Shown here piece after piece: positions 1 to 11,553 of a stretch of DNA of 64,000 nt. A program made the translations under genes and the position numbers. Origin of the DNA: Nitrospiria bacterium (GTDB taxonomy: Bacteria > Nitrospirota > Nitrospiria > SBBL01 > JAADHI01); assembly GCA_945787655.1 (NCBI GenBank), contig CALZIJ010000003.1, positions 4,602-68,601 on the forward strand. The letters are read 5' to 3'. The notes below the pieces were generated by a model, which saw nothing but the letters and a program-made list of their open reading frames with translations, had not been told where the DNA came from and searched no databases. Positions within the stretch are counted from its first letter, which is position 1. Every line of letters starts with the position of its first letter.

Positions 1-1
1 G

Positions 2-358
2 CTTCTGGTGGTTGAAGATTCGATGACCACCCGGGAATTACTCCGTCCCATACTGGAAGGGGAAGGATACGAAGTCGATACGGCTATCGATGGTTTGGAC
101 GGGATTGAAAAAGTATCTTTGGGCAGCTATGACCTCATTGTGAGCGACATTGAAATGCCCAGAATGAGCGGTTTGGAGCTATGCCGCTATTTAAAAGAGA
201 ATGAAACCTATTCTGAAATTCCGTTTATTTTTGTCACGGCACGAGGCAGCGAAGAAGAAAAACGAAGAGGGATAGAGGTGGGGGCGCAGGCCTATATCTC
301 GAAGGGGAATTTTGATCAGGGTAATTTATTGGAAACGATTGCCCGTTTGATTGTTTAG
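2..358 (+). CDS. Response-regulator receiver (REC) domain, 5'-truncated by the window edge; probably the C-terminal REC of a hybrid CheA-type kinase
   Basis: Frame is open from nt 2 (LLVVEDS...). It shows the REC acidic pocket, the phospho-acceptor context LIVSDIEMPRMSG, FVTARG, and an AYISKGNFDQ tail like CheA-REC hybrids. cheB-cheW-cheR follow directly. Confidence 0.7.
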   Translation, partial: LLVVEDSMTTRELLRPILEGEGYEVDTAIDGLDGIEKVSLGSYDLIVSDIEMPRMSGLELCRYLKENETYSEIPFIFVTARGSEEEKRRGIEVGAQAYISKGNFDQGNLLETIARLIV

Positions 359-403
359 CCTTCATTCAGTTTTTTTAAAGAGAGTGGATTTACGGCGGGG
401 TTC

Positions 404-1477
404 ATGATGAGGAATATGAAAAAAATGATCCGGGTTTTGATCGTCGAGGACTCTCCAACGACCTCTCTGACCCTCAGAAAAATTCTGGATTCCGATCATG
501 AAATTGTGGTAGCCGGGGTTGCAAAGGATGGAAAGGAAGCCATTCGCCTGGCCCAAAAAATGAAGCCTGATTTAATTACAATGGATGTCCATCTTCCTCT
601 GATTGATGGTTTGGAAGTCACGAAACAGTTGATGGCAACGATGCCCACACCCATTTTAATTGTCAGCAGCGCGGAATTTACCCGTCAAAGCGACAAGGTA
701 TTTAAAGCGATCTCTTATGGCGCGCTTGATGTGTTCAGTAAAGACGGGCTGCTGACAAAAAAAGGGGATACGGGGTCTGATGAATTGATTCAAAAGGTTA
801 AATTCCTTGCCAATGTTAAAGTCATTACCCATCCTTTGGGTAAGCTGCATCATGCCGTAAAACCGGATCTGTCTAAAAAACCGGAAATCAAACTGAAAGA
901 GGCTCCGGAACGATTGCTGGCCATTGTCGGCTCCACAGGTGCGCCAAAAGCCATTAGCAGGATACTCAGCACCATTCCAAAATCATTTCCGTGCGGTATT
1001 GTAGTTGTGGTTCACCTTGCGAAGGGTTTTGTGGGTAATTTTGTTGAATGGCTTCAAAGTGTCAGTAAAATAAAAGTCAAAGCCGGGGAGCATGGCGAAG
1101 TGATCTTGCCTGGCGTGGCCTATGTTGGGCCAACAGGACATCATATGCAGGTTTCTAAAAATCATACCATTGAGTTGGTCGATGATCCGCCGAGGAATGG
1201 TTTAAGGCCCTGCGGGGATTATTTGTTCGAATCTGCGGCACGACATTATGGGAAGGGGTGCATTGGGGTGATCTTGACGGGGATGGGCCGGGATGGGGCC
1301 ATTGGCATCGCGCACGTCAGGGCGTCCGGAGGAAGAACCATTGCCCAAAATGAAGACACCTCAGCTATTTACGGGATGCCCCGTGCGGCCGTTGAAGCGA
1401 ATGCCATTGACCGTGTTCTCCCTCTGGATGAGATTTCAGGTGAAATTATACAACTTTTAAAAAGAGGTTGTTTATAG
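404..1477 (+). CDS. cheB: Protein-glutamate methylesterase CheB (REC + methylesterase)
   Basis: N-terminal REC (IRVLIVEDSP, ITMDVHLPLIDG). Catalytic-triad contexts are GSTGAPKA (Ser), VVVVHLAKGF (His) and LTGMGRDGA (Asp). Start is ambiguous among ATGs at 404-425. Confidence 0.9.
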   Translation: MMRNMKKMIRVLIVEDSPTTSLTLRKILDSDHEIVVAGVAKDGKEAIRLAQKMKPDLITMDVHLPLIDGLEVTKQLMATMPTPILIVSSAEFTRQSDKVFKAISYGALDVFSKDGLLTKKGDTGSDELIQKVKFLANVKVITHPLGKLHHAVKPDLSKKPEIKLKEAPERLLAIVGSTGAPKAISRILSTIPKSFPCGIVVVVHLAKGFVGNFVEWLQSVSKIKVKAGEHGEVILPGVAYVGPTGHHMQVSKNHTIELVDDPPRNGLRPCGDYLFESAARHYGKGCIGVILTGMGRDGAIGIAHVRASGGRTIAQNEDTSAIYGMPRAAVEANAIDRVLPLDEISGEIIQLLKRGCL

Positions 1478-1953
1478 TGAATAAATCGGTTTTGGAAGGA
1501 AAAAAATTATTATCGACCGTGGTGTTTGAGCTAATGGGTGAGTTATTTGCGGTGGACGTCAATGCTGCACGTGAAATTATACGACTGACCAATATTTCCC
1601 CCATGCCGCAATCTCCAGATTTTATTGAAGGTGTCATTAATATTCGAGGCCATGTCGTGGCCGTTGTTGACTTGAAAAAAAGATTTCATATTTCTGAAAT
1701 AGAGAGAACCAACAAAGAAAGAATTATGGTTGTTCTCGCCCAGAGAATGATTGTGGGATTAATTGTTGATGCCGTATTTGGTGTTAAGAAATTTCCAAAT
1801 GAAAATATTCAAGCGACACCTGCGATCGTTTCTTCCCATGTGCCGAAACGATGTATCTCCGGTATTGTTTATTGGGAGGATCGGATTATCTTCCTTCTGG
1901 AATTAAATGAAGTCTTTAATGCAAGTGAAGCCGAACTACTAAAAAACGTTTAA
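1468..1953 (+). CDS. cheW: CheW-like coupling protein
   Basis: Single CheW domain (FAVDVNAAREIIRL..., PDFIEGVINIRGHVVAVVDLKKRF). TTG at 1468 or GTG at 1477 overlaps the cheB stop (TAG 1475-1477). Confidence 0.85.
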   Translation: MFIVNKSVLEGKKLLSTVVFELMGELFAVDVNAAREIIRLTNISPMPQSPDFIEGVINIRGHVVAVVDLKKRFHISEIERTNKERIMVVLAQRMIVGLIVDAVFGVKKFPNENIQATPAIVSSHVPKRCISGIVYWEDRIIFLLELNEVFNASEAELLKNV

Positions 1954-1996
1954 GACATATTCGCCGCATTGATCTTAAAAAGATGAAATCTTATTC

Positions 1997-3562
1997 TTGA
2001 TTTCTCGACATGACCTGGGAAATATGACGTCCCTTAATTTCAGTAAAAATGGTTTGACAGATGAAGTCTTTCTTCTTTTTCAAAAGCTGCTTCTTGAAAA
2101 AACAGGATTGTATTTTCAAAGAGGGCGAAAACATCAAATCGAGACGGGTCTTGCAGGCCGTCTCCATGCAAGAGAGATGGCGTCTTATGAAGCTTATTTT
2201 GATTTTTTAAAAAATGCGCCAGAAAGTGCCGAAGAAATTCAGGTGCTTATTGATACCCTGACCATACAAGAGACCTCTTTTTTTAGAAATCAACCTCACT
2301 TTAATGTATTTAAAAATTATATTATTCCCTATTTTTTGCATAAACGGAGCGAAGGCAATCCCTTCATTCGCATTTGGTCAGCAGGGTGTTCAACAGGCCA
2401 GGAAATTTATTCTATTGCAATATTATTGCGTGAGTTTCTCCCTGAATTCCATACCTGGAATATTTCTCTTTTGGCGACAGACATCAGTCAACCTGCGCTC
2501 AATACTGCGAGGCGGGGAGTTTACCATCGGAAATTTTTTGAATCAGTCCCATATGCATACCAGTCGAAGTATTTTCGGGCTTACGGCGGAAATGAAATTG
2601 AGATAAGTGATCAGATTAGGAAAATGGTAAATATCGAACAGCACAATCTTGCGATCGATTCCTATAACCGAAAAGGGATGAAGGCACTGGATGTTATTTT
2701 TTGTAAAAATGTGACGATATATTTTAATGAATCCACTACCCGGCGTATTATTGAGGGATTTTATCAATGTTTATCCTATGGAAGCTATCTATTTATCGGT
2801 CATTCAGAAACGCTTTGGAAGATTAGTGAAAAGTTTCAAGCCGTAGAATTTCCAGATACATTTGTCTACCGAAAAGGAGATGCTGATGCTTTTAAACCCA
2901 ACACTGAAGTGGGCAAAAAAAGGTCTCTTTCTAAAATAGACGTTTTGGGAAAATATCCGGATTATACACCAGATAAAAGTGTGCACAATCCCAAAAAACA
3001 ATCCTTTGTAAAAGCGGTGAACAGCGATAAAATTCGAGAGGATAAAGTCCCTTCAGAAAAAGAAGTATTCGCCACAGCAATGCAGGCCGCTAAATTTAAG
3101 AAATACAATAAAGCTATATCAATTTTTGTCCAATTTAAGCCTGGAAGCCCTTACTTTGATCAGGCACGGGTGGCTCACGCGACATTACTTTCTAATCAGG
3201 GAAAGTATGATGAAGCCATGTTAAAGCTCAATGAGATACTAATAGATAACAATCTTTCGGAAGAAGCATATTACCTTTTGGGTATATTAAAAAATAGAAC
3301 TCAGGAGTATGAGGAAGCGGTAAAAATGTTTCAAAAGGCATTGTATGTCAATCCGAAAAATATCTTGGCTGTTTTTTATCTTGGAGAAGTCTATCGTGAA
3401 ACCAATCAAAATGCCTTGGCAAAAAAAACATACCAAAATGTCTTAAAAATTTTGAAGGAGCTTCCTTCAGATCAAGCCCTTTCCTTATTTGAGGAATTTA
3501 CCCCGGACTTGTTGGGACAGGCCTGTGCCAAGAGACTCGACGCATTGGAAATACATTCTTGA
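1997..3562 (+). CDS. cheR: Chemotaxis methyltransferase CheR fused to C-terminal TPR repeats
   Basis: CheR SAM-binding signature IRIWSAGCSTGQEIYSIAILL and DVIFCKNVTIYF. The C-terminal ~170 aa are TPR-like (EEAYYLLGILKNRTQEYEEAVKMFQKALYVNPKN...). TTG at 1997; ATG at 2024 is an alternative start. Confidence 0.85.
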   Translation: MISRHDLGNMTSLNFSKNGLTDEVFLLFQKLLLEKTGLYFQRGRKHQIETGLAGRLHAREMASYEAYFDFLKNAPESAEEIQVLIDTLTIQETSFFRNQPHFNVFKNYIIPYFLHKRSEGNPFIRIWSAGCSTGQEIYSIAILLREFLPEFHTWNISLLATDISQPALNTARRGVYHRKFFESVPYAYQSKYFRAYGGNEIEISDQIRKMVNIEQHNLAIDSYNRKGMKALDVIFCKNVTIYFNESTTRRIIEGFYQCLSYGSYLFIGHSETLWKISEKFQAVEFPDTFVYRKGDADAFKPNTEVGKKRSLSKIDVLGKYPDYTPDKSVHNPKKQSFVKAVNSDKIREDKVPSEKEVFATAMQAAKFKKYNKAISIFVQFKPGSPYFDQARVAHATLLSNQGKYDEAMLKLNEILIDNNLSEEAYYLLGILKNRTQEYEEAVKMFQKALYVNPKNILAVFYLGEVYRETNQNALAKKTYQNVLKILKELPSDQALSLFEEFTPDLLGQACAKRLDALEIHS

Positions 3563-3603
3563 TGGTGCGTTTGATGAGAGAATAGCTATATGTTGATGTT
3601 GGG

Positions 3604-4827
3604 TTACTGGAGTGGTTTTGCTTCAAACTGGGCGTTCTGATTTTTGGAAACCGCTGTGCTGACCGGAGGTGGATTGTTTTGTTCAGATTTGACCTGATTG
3701 ATAATACTTCGAATCACCGCACTGAATTTTTTTATCGATAAAAGAAAGTCTTCTTTATTGGTTTCTTCCCGAAGGGGTTTGGGCAAAATAGCGCGTGCTC
3801 CAGATTGGTATAAATTCCAGGTTTTTTCAGTAAGCCCGGATTTCGTCATGACGATGACAGGAGAAAGCCAGTTGAGACTTTTTTTCTGTCCAAGAATGAT
3901 TTCACTCATGGTCGGTCCAAAACGTCTTGTCTCCGGTAAGCAGTCATCACTTAAAAAAAAGGGGAGGATGCCTTGGTCAATTAGTTGTTCCGCCTTTTTT
4001 AAACCGTCCTCGACTGTTTTAGGGGTAATGACGGAAATCTGTTCGCCATGCATGGCCTCTCTTAAAAGGTTTTTAAGGATGCCGTCACTCACCAGTAAAA
4101 TAAGGAGGTCTTCCTGGTTTTTAGGCGGGGAACAATGGAGCGGTTCTTCCTCCTCTGAATCGGAGTCTGATTCAAATTCAAGTGTGTCCTCATTATCGTT
4201 TGAGACCGGTTTGTTTTCAGAAAGAATATGATCGACGTCTTCCAGTATTGTATCAGGGGATTCTTCAGCAGATGTTTCCGATGTTGGCTTGATCTGGGGT
4301 TTTGTGAAACCTCCAGCAGGGTTATTTTTATTTATAATTCCGAGAATATCTTCAAATAACAAATGCGTATTGACGTCCTCCGGTTTAAGCAAGTCCGATT
4401 CATCGAAAGCGATATCCGGTATACCAATGAGTTGATTATTTTTAAATGAAAATTCACCCTGACCATGCGTGGTGAGTCGGGAGATACGCCGTTTCATTTC
4501 AGCCAGTTTAATTTTTTTAAGGTTATCTTCAGAAATCATGGCCATGTCGATCAATAATTGAGTAATGGATTTTTTTTCCTGGTGTTCTTCTTTGATCAGC
4601 CTTGTTTTTTCCACGATCTCTAAACTAATTTGATTATAATCGACCAATAAATCAAGAAGACGCTTGCTGGATGGAGAATCCGCATAAACAATTTCTCCAT
4701 TTGCGAAATAGACACACCAGTCTTCGTCTATCAGGCTTAACATGAGGGTGCCGGTTTTTTTGCCGGTATAGAGGTATTGAAGCAGGTCAATTAAAGGAAG
4801 GTCTTCAATTTCCCCGGAAAATTCCAT
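3604..4827 (-). CDS. DUF4388 (PATAN-type) domain protein with acidic linker and C-terminal REC-like domain
   Basis: N-terminus GEIEDLPLIDLLQYLYTGKKTGTLML...VYFANGEIVYA matches the DUF4388 pattern. The linker is acidic and Ser-rich. The C-terminus is REC-like (LLILLVSD, FFLSDDCLPE, VIVMTKS, LPKP). Confidence 0.7.
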   Translation of the reverse strand: MEFSGEIEDLPLIDLLQYLYTGKKTGTLMLSLIDEDWCVYFANGEIVYADSPSSKRLLDLLVDYNQISLEIVEKTRLIKEEHQEKKSITQLLIDMAMISEDNLKKIKLAEMKRRISRLTTHGQGEFSFKNNQLIGIPDIAFDESDLLKPEDVNTHLLFEDILGIINKNNPAGGFTKPQIKPTSETSAEESPDTILEDVDHILSENKPVSNDNEDTLEFESDSDSEEEEPLHCSPPKNQEDLLILLVSDGILKNLLREAMHGEQISVITPKTVEDGLKKAEQLIDQGILPFFLSDDCLPETRRFGPTMSEIILGQKKSLNWLSPVIVMTKSGLTEKTWNLYQSGARAILPKPLREETNKEDFLLSIKKFSAVIRSIINQVKSEQNNPPPVSTAVSKNQNAQFEAKPLQ

Positions 4828-4828
4828 T

Positions 4829-5635
4829 CTATTTGTCCACTCTTAACAGATCGAGCATATTTTGCAAGGTATTTAGTTTTCGTTCAGATTGGGTATGAAG
4901 TTGGGAGCTGTATATCGCGGTTGCGGCGTGATCGGCCAATAATGCAAAAAGTTCCTGGTCCACAACTTCAAAACCGTCTTTTTGCTGAAGCAATTCGTAA
5001 ACCACGATCATCCCGATCAGGTCATCCTTGAGTTTCAGGGGAATACAGGCCAAGGGATCTTCCGGGTTTGATATGATTTTGTCCGCGATATATCGTTCCC
5101 CGGATTTTGCTGCATTTCCGGCAACGCCCTCACCAATTTTTATCGGATCAATTTTTCGATGATCGATGCCTTCCCCCGCGATTGCGCAAAGTTCCTGGCT
5201 TCTTTCATCCTTAAGAAAAATCCCGAATTTTTCAGAACCAATCAGGTTGATGATAATCTCTTCAATAATATCGATCACTTCCTTGAAATCTAGCGTTGAA
5301 TGAAGCCGGTAACTGGCCACATACAGGCTGGCCATGTTTTGGTTCTGATTTTCTACCTTAATGTAGTTTTCGGCAAATTCATTATTCTCGACTTCTATCT
5401 CATTCAAGGTTCGACGAAGCTGTTCCAGTTCTTTTTTATAGCGATCCTTTTCGTCTTCAATTTGAAGCAATCTTTCTTCATTGGCCGACATTTTAAGAAG
5501 ATTGGTCTCCGTTTTTTGTTTGGCCAGCGCAACGCGAAGTTTTTCATTTTCCTTGAGGAGGTCCATCGAAAATTGCTTCCCCTCCTCAAAGAGTTTTAAT
5601 AAAACATCACTTTTATCTGTAGTTTGCTGCTCCAT
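4829..5635 (-). CDS. Coiled-coil + GAF domain protein
   Basis: The N-terminal ~100 aa form a heptad-rich coiled coil. The C-terminus looks like a GAF fold (FGIFLKDERSQELCAIAGEGI...GEGVAGNAAKSGERYI...LIGMIVVYELL). Its stop (4829-4831) lies 1 nt from the next ATG (4827). Confidence 0.65.
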   Translation of the reverse strand: MEQQTTDKSDVLLKLFEEGKQFSMDLLKENEKLRVALAKQKTETNLLKMSANEERLLQIEDEKDRYKKELEQLRRTLNEIEVENNEFAENYIKVENQNQNMASLYVASYRLHSTLDFKEVIDIIEEIIINLIGSEKFGIFLKDERSQELCAIAGEGIDHRKIDPIKIGEGVAGNAAKSGERYIADKIISNPEDPLACIPLKLKDDLIGMIVVYELLQQKDGFEVVDQELFALLADHAATAIYSSQLHTQSERKLNTLQNMLDLLRVDK

Positions 5636-5673
5636 TTTTATACCTTTCTAAGGTCTCGCAAAACGGGTCCAAT

Positions 5674-6048
5674 TTAGGCTGTGCCATTGATGTATTTTTG
5701 TACTTTCGTTAAAAGTTCCATTTTATCAATCGGTTTGGTGATGTAATCATTACACCCATATTTATAGCAACTTTCCACGCGGGCTTGTTCACTTTTGGTT
5801 GTGGCCATAATAATAGGCGTTTTTTGGGTTTCAGGCGCTTCACGCATGGCCTGTAAGCTTTCGATTCCGTTCATCTCCGGCATCATGATATCCATGACGA
5901 TGAGATCAGGGTTTTCTTTAATCGCGGTTTCAAGCCCAATACGCCCATTTTTGGCTGTTATAATCTGATATTCGTTTTGTAACATGAGCTTTTCAAATAA
6001 GAGAATGGTCTCAGAGTCATCAACCAGTAAAATTGTTTTTTTAGACAT
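5674..6048 (-). CDS. Single-domain CheY-like response regulator
   Basis: KTILLVDDSE, LIVMDIMMPEMNG, IIMATTKS and ITKP motifs. ATG at 6048 is preceded by AAGGAG 8 nt upstream, so the GTG at 6075 in the ORF track is probably not the start. Confidence 0.85.
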   Translation of the reverse strand: MSKKTILLVDDSETILLFEKLMLQNEYQIITAKNGRIGLETAIKENPDLIVMDIMMPEMNGIESLQAMREAPETQKTPIIMATTKSEQARVESCYKYGCNDYITKPIDKMELLTKVQKYINGTA

Positions 6049-6208
6049 AGTGGTTTTCTCCTTTAACCCGAACACAAGGCTTGAATAAATCCCGATGTTT
6101 TTTCCAACTGCTTAATACATCGGTCTCTTAGGCGCAGACCTTTAATCTATAGTATACCTCATGATTTTTAGATCACAATTTTACTCAAAGCGCCTTGAAA
6201 TATATGCA

Positions 6209-7420
6209 TCAAGGTTGTATTAACTGGTCTGTTTCAATAATTTGTATCTCCGTATCGGATTTTTCATGGCCAAATGAATAACCGGCAACTTTCAAAAATT
6301 CTTCAAATCCTTCGGTATCTCCCATCGGTTTTTTTTCAGGAAGGTTGTCACCATATAAAAGTCCGGTGAGCTTTTCCCCTTTGTAAAGAGGCGCGACAAA
6401 AACTTCTTCCGGCCACTCACTCTCTATGTGGCGGATAAAATCCTTATGACACGGATTATCTGCCAGTTCTCCCCTGAAACAGGCCTTTTTTTGTATAGCA
6501 TCTTTAAAGAGAGAGGGTTTTGAAAGTGATATACTCAATTCCCGAATTTTTTTATCAGGGGACCCTTCTTCAAAAGTAATCCCGGACTGACCGGAACCGA
6601 TAATTTCCTCATCCCGTGTGACAAAGATCACCACACGGTTCATCACTTCGGTAGCATACCGAAGAACCATTAAAGTAATTTCTCCTGTCGTGGCCGGCCG
6701 GGATATTTCCTCGATCATTGCACTCAGTAAACTGAGGTCTTTATTCGGAGAAGGATCGAGAGCAATTGTTTTTTGAATTTTTTCTTTCGGTTCAGTGGAA
6801 GGGCGTTCTTCTTCAGAGGGTTTTTCCTGACTTTTTACGGCAGGCGGGGAATCCATAAAATCAGCCAGCTGGATATGATCATCCGCTTGCATTTCGGTAT
6901 CCACTGCCGCCTTTGACGGGTCTTTTGTTTTGTCTCGTTGCTCTTCATCTTTTAAGCGCGCCGCTTCCATCAGCAAAAAATCAAGATCCAGTCCCTTATC
7001 GAGCAATGGATCCTTGTCCTGGATACTTTGAACATTAAAATGAAACGACCCCGTTTCCCATCCTAAAAAATTTTTGACCACATCGGTGAGATGATTTTTT
7101 AATTCTGATTGTAGGTCTTCTTTTGAAATAGCGCCGATTTTTAAAAGAATGGAACCAAGAGGGAGTTGTTCATCTGTAATTTTTTGTGATTCAAGCGCTT
7201 TTTCCAGTTCATCGTTTGTGAGCATCTTTTTTCGGACAAGGGTTTGGCCAATTTTATTCACACTGTCCGAACTGCCGTACAGCAAGAGTCCTTCTTTAAA
7301 GACCAAACGCCCAGTTGTATCTTTCCGGATGATCGTTAAAACACCCGAACGCTTACTTAAACTTAATATTTGGAAGATGTCGGATAAATCCAGATCTTCA
7401 AGCCGTCCATTGAGGCTCAT
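6209..7420 (-). CDS. DUF4388 (PATAN-type) domain protein with C-terminal GAF-like domain
   Basis: N-terminus GRLEDLDLSDIFQILSLSKRSGVLTI...LVFKEGLLLYG matches DUF4388. A Pro/Glu/Ser-rich linker follows. The C-terminus is GAF-like (RVVIFVTRDEEIIGSGQSG...VFVAPLYKGEKLTGLLYGDN). Confidence 0.65.
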   Translation of the reverse strand: MSLNGRLEDLDLSDIFQILSLSKRSGVLTIIRKDTTGRLVFKEGLLLYGSSDSVNKIGQTLVRKKMLTNDELEKALESQKITDEQLPLGSILLKIGAISKEDLQSELKNHLTDVVKNFLGWETGSFHFNVQSIQDKDPLLDKGLDLDFLLMEAARLKDEEQRDKTKDPSKAAVDTEMQADDHIQLADFMDSPPAVKSQEKPSEEERPSTEPKEKIQKTIALDPSPNKDLSLLSAMIEEISRPATTGEITLMVLRYATEVMNRVVIFVTRDEEIIGSGQSGITFEEGSPDKKIRELSISLSKPSLFKDAIQKKACFRGELADNPCHKDFIRHIESEWPEEVFVAPLYKGEKLTGLLYGDNLPEKKPMGDTEGFEEFLKVAGYSFGHEKSDTEIQIIETDQLIQP

Positions 7421-7658
7421 TATAAATCCATCAGTTAAAACCCTTTTTTATCGAAAGGGTGATTTGCATAAGGATAGAACCTTGATGTATCACAAAATGG
7501 TCTGTTTATAACTGTACCATAATTTTTTTTAAGCATCGGAAGAGAGGGCCCTAAACCAGACCAATGACCAAGCCTGAATATCTGGATGTTCCAGGGAAAA
7601 TCGATGGGATGGACTCAAGTTAAATCAGATGATGAAACTGATCAATAGATCAGTGGTT

Positions 7659-9677
<2,019 letters not shown>

Positions 9678-9830
9678 TTATCCCAGTTGCAAACCGGAAT
9701 AGAATAACGAATTTTTCTTAAAAAGGTCAATGAGAGATCTTGCCTGGACCTTTTCTATTCTTTACTATGGAGAGTGGTCAGTAAAAAGGTGGACCCGTGT
9801 TTACCCTTTTGAATAGGACAGAGGTTTTAA

Positions 9831-11027
9831 ATGATTTATGATGTTTTAGTCGTGGGGGGCGGACCGGCGGGGAGTACAACCGCGCGGGAATGCGCCGCCC
9901 GTGGCCTGTCTGTCCTCTTGATCGATAAAGCCGTCTTTCCCAGGGACAAACCTTGCGGCGGGGCCGTTTCGGTGCGGGCGGCGTCTTTGTTGCCTTTTGG
10001 TTTAGACCCGGTGATTGAACGGACAGCGCAGGCCATTCGTTTCAGTACCTGTCGACAACCGCGTGTCACACAGGTTTCAAAAACGCCGCTTGTGTATTTT
10101 ACCCAACGTCGATATCTGGACCTTTTTCTACTGGAACAGGCCAATAAAAGCGGCGCTAAAATCCTTGAAGGAACGGCTGTGCGGGAGATGACACTTCCAG
10201 AAAATCAGAAAAGAGAGGAGGTCATTTTGAGGGCCGGCGGAGCGTCTTTTCGAGGAAGGACATTGGTTGCGGCTGACGGTGCGGCCGGCGTCACTGTTCG
10301 CATGTCCGGCATCCCTGCACCAAGATGGCGCGGCGCGGCGCTTGAAGGGAACTACAAAATTTCTGAGGGTTTTCCGGAAAAATGGGAAGACTGTTTTGCG
10401 ATTGACACCGGCGATATTCCGGGGGGATATGGCTGGATATTTCCCAAAAAAGATCATTTAAATATTGGAGTCGGCGGGCTTTCTTTGGGAAAAAGCGGCT
10501 TGGAAAATAAACTGAGTAGTTTAATTCGAGCCGAAGGCGGGGAATTATCTGACATTTCAGATTTAAAAGGGTTTTCTCTCCCCATTCAAAAACCCGGGGC
10601 GCCGATTGTGAAAGGAAACCTGCTTTTGGTCGGAGATGCAGCCGGCCTAGTGGACCCATATAGCGGAGAAGGAATTCACAATGCGATGCGAAGTGGAACC
10701 CTGGCGGCGAAACACCTGTCGCGATATATTTCGGGTTCGGCCTCCGATTTGTCGGGATATCAGCGGGAGATGACTCAAACCGTATTGGCGGATATGGCGG
10801 TTTCCTTGCAACTGTTTATGTTAATTCACTTGCTGCCGCTGTGGATCGCGGAGCGTTTACACCATGACGTGGGACGTTGGCCCTTGATTTGCCGTATTCT
10901 TCGTGGCGAAGCACAGTATCATGACTTGAAAGCGGGTGGGCCGGTTGTTTGGGGTGTGCTGGATTATTTTCTGCGTCCTTCTGTTTTTCCTGCAGTTTCA
11001 AAAATATTAAGACGCTTAAATCGTTGA
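9831..11027 (+). CDS. FAD-dependent oxidoreductase, geranylgeranyl reductase family
   Basis: N-terminal dinucleotide fold YDVLVVGGGPAGSTTA, PRDKPCGGAVS, and LLLVGDAAGLVDPYSGEGI typical of GGR-type flavoproteins. Confidence 0.75.
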   Translation: MIYDVLVVGGGPAGSTTARECAARGLSVLLIDKAVFPRDKPCGGAVSVRAASLLPFGLDPVIERTAQAIRFSTCRQPRVTQVSKTPLVYFTQRRYLDLFLLEQANKSGAKILEGTAVREMTLPENQKREEVILRAGGASFRGRTLVAADGAAGVTVRMSGIPAPRWRGAALEGNYKISEGFPEKWEDCFAIDTGDIPGGYGWIFPKKDHLNIGVGGLSLGKSGLENKLSSLIRAEGGELSDISDLKGFSLPIQKPGAPIVKGNLLLVGDAAGLVDPYSGEGIHNAMRSGTLAAKHLSRYISGSASDLSGYQREMTQTVLADMAVSLQLFMLIHLLPLWIAERLHHDVGRWPLICRILRGEAQYHDLKAGGPVVWGVLDYFLRPSVFPAVSKILRRLNR

Positions 11028-11034
11028 ATATCAT

Positions 11035-11553
11035 TTAATTAATTTCTAAATCATCCGGGGCGCACGTGCACCGATACAATCCTCCGATCATCGCGCTGAG
11101 CAGGTCATAAAGATATTCACGGTCGCCGTCATCTATTTGGTGCAAATACGCGTTTCCCCAATCATTTAAATACACGGTTTTTAAATAATAATAGACAGGC
11201 ATTTCCGGGTCGAACCCCTCTTTTTTCATCGCTTGATCAAGCCATTTCATGACAGCAGCCCGTACAGGAAATTCCTGTTGCTGCAAGGCTTCATCCGCGT
11301 CCGTCACGATTCGGATCAACTTGTCAAAGGCTTGGGGGTGTTCATCAAGGTAGTTTGTGGTAATGAGTTCAAGCCCCATCAGGTTTAATCTTCGGTCTGA
11401 GACGGGTTTTTCATTATAGTGAGACTTTGTCGGGTTTAATAATAACAAGGGAAACAGCAGTAGAAAAACAATGAAAATCGGAAATAAATATTTCCAGATC
11501 AACGCCAAGGTGCTGGAAGGAGTGCGATGGACTTCATTGTTGATCTGTTCCAT
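11035..11553 (-). CDS. Hypothetical membrane-anchored protein
   Basis: One N-terminal hydrophobic helix (LALIWKYLFPIFIVFLLLFPLLLL). No recognisable motif. Convergent with the preceding gene, 7 nt apart. Confidence 0.5.
   Translation of the reverse strand: MEQINNEVHRTPSSTLALIWKYLFPIFIVFLLLFPLLLLNPTKSHYNEKPVSDRRLNLMGLELITTNYLDEHPQAFDKLIRIVTDADEALQQQEFPVRAAVMKWLDQAMKKEGFDPEMPVYYYLKTVYLNDWGNAYLHQIDDGDREYLYDLLSAMIGGLYRCTCAPDDLEIN

Noticed and set aside
3698-4231. 177-aa plus-strand ORF antisense to the DUF4388-REC gene
   Set aside because: The Ser-rich low-complexity product mirrors the acidic linker on the other strand, and there is no SD.
7440-7460. Hairpin ACCCTTT-N7-AAAGGGT followed by TTT on the minus strand, 20 nt upstream of the DUF4388 gene start
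   Set aside because: It has only a 7-bp AT-rich stem and lies 200 nt from the ligA stop. It could be a weak terminator or a 5'-UTR element, and the support is insufficient to call it.
9697-9760. Interrupted inverted repeat in the ligA/oxidoreductase divergent region (GAATAGAA...AAAAGGTC / GACCTTTTCTATTC)
   Set aside because: The repeat is real, but it is AT-rich and interrupted by an 18-nt insertion. I cannot assign it a terminator or operator role from sequence alone.
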